A stretch of DNA of 64,000 bases. Source: Antedon mediterranea. Its lineage: Eukaryota > Animalia > Echinodermata. How positions within the stretch are numbered: position 1 is the stretch's first letter; every line of letters begins with the position of its first letter. The notes beneath the pieces were generated by a model that was not told the origin of the DNA, searched no databases, and saw only the letters and a program-made list of their open reading frames with translations. Positions 62,644-64,000 of this stretch are shown here, piece after piece. The stretch covers positions 28,724,871 to 28,788,870 of the forward strand of contig NC_092676.1 of NCBI RefSeq assembly GCF_964355755.1, read 5' to 3'. Both the position numbers and the translations under genes were made by a program.

Positions 62644-63716
62644 TGAGTATCGTACATTAATGGATGTGTTTTAACGTATATGCATATACACTATACATAC
62701 AGTATTATACTGTAGGCGGACAGTAGTCAATTATTATCATAGTTGTTTAGAATTGTCAGTAATTACATATTCTCAATTAGTTTTTGTTTGATGGTAAATA
62801 AGTACGGTAAGTTTTAAGAGCAATGGCATATATTAAATTGTAACTTTCTATTGAACATTGTTCTTTTTTATTTATCTTATGAAATCTTCATAAATAAGTA
62901 ACTAATAATATTATAGTTTTATATTCTCGAGCGCCAGGCGGTTCCACTGGGTTGCCGCGCCTCTCTATTAAAATGTGTAACGCCCTTTATAGTGTCAAAA
63001 CTTTTTCTCACGTGGAGAAACGAAGTACACACACATTCGCTAATCAGAAAAACGGAGCGAGCGCACAGATCAAAAAGTTTTGTAAGTAGGCCTAGCCTAG
63101 GGGAGATTATAAGATTATTCTGTTTGTATTAAGTAGTGTAGTTAGTGGTTTTTAGTATCTTAATTACTTTAACTAGACCATGGATGTAGTAAATTAACCC
63201 ACAGTTATGTCCATATTCTAAAATCTTTGACGACAAGTAACCTAGGCCTAGGCCTAGCCATACTCGAGTCGTAAATATGTAGTAGTAGTGGGCCACTCAC
63301 CATGCCCGTGCCCAGCCAGATCTTGTGCAGGCGATGTGGCTGGGCCTAGCTGAGGTAAATAAGGCTGGTACTTCGTGGTACATGTGTATGCTTGGTTAAA
63401 CTATTTCCTTTAATTATAAATGTGATGCATAATTGAATAAATTATATTTTCAATCTTATTTATACTAGGCTAGCCTCTAGGCCTACACAGGCCTAGGCTA
63501 GGCCTAGTTTCATAATTTAATTTAAAGGCTCGACTAGTTTAGGCCTACTCTATAGTACTAGGCTACTATTCTAGACTACTAGCTAGGTCCTAGCCATGAG
63601 GCTAATAAACTAGGCTTACTACTACCTAACTACTACATAGGTAGACCTACTCTACTAGCTTATAAATAAAGATTTTCTACACTCTAACATTTGCTGTTTG
63701 CAGTCAGCCAGCCAGG

Positions 63717-64000
63717 ATGAGTGAAGCAACCACCAGTTTATTCCTGTCGATGTCACATTCAAAGGTTGTTGAAGGTAAGGCTTAGCCTTTTCCTTACACC
63801 ATTTATATTTAGAATAAATGAATTTATTTTCTTTTCCTTTTATGTTAATTGTACAATGTTGACAATGAATATTAATTTATTTCAGAGTTTATTGAGGAAG
63901 TGAAGAATGACCATTCTGACCTTGCCTGTTGTAAAGCTTTGGAAAGACTTTGTGCATATGTGGATGATTTATTCAAAGAAAATACAACAATCGTTCCTGC
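63717..64000 (+). CDS. 5' end of an unidentified protein-coding gene (runs off the window)
   Basis: Exon 63704-63774 (ATG 63717, MSEATTSLFLSMSHSKVVE) joins in phase 1 to 63886-64000 (EFIEEVKNDHSDLACCKALERLCAYVDDLFKENTTIVP); likely non-coding exon ending near 63081 (gtaagt) after a GC-richer promoter at 62930-63060. Confidence 0.6.

Overview
AT-rich, intron-rich eukaryotic DNA from an invertebrate animal. An echinoderm-like deuterostome is my impression only. All host genes are on the + strand and I assembled their GT-AG exons by hand with consistent phases. In order: (1) the 3' part of MYRF (NDT80 domain, ICA autoprotease, TM helix, luminal tail; stop at 9799); (2) SCUBE (9 EGF exons, spacer, Cys-rich repeats, CUB; stop at 46043), whose ~17 kb upstream region holds two separate signal-peptide exons and a 216-codon exon for a globular domain not in vertebrate SCUBE1-3; (3) a 5'-truncated LINE with an intact RT frame; (4) the H4K20 methyltransferase SUV4-20/KMT5B-C; (5) two tandem maize-PAO1-like polyamine oxidases with signal peptides and GPI-like tails; (6) the start of an unidentified gene. 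Non-coding DNA is dense in PIF/Harbinger-like elements: two MITE families, a MITE-end tandem array, and a 2.5 kb element with a decayed MADF+BESS gene nested inside a MITE. There are also tRNA-derived SINEs and a (TA)n-embedded element carrying a complete tRNA-like cloverleaf. No searches were run; family assignments rest on recalled motifs.
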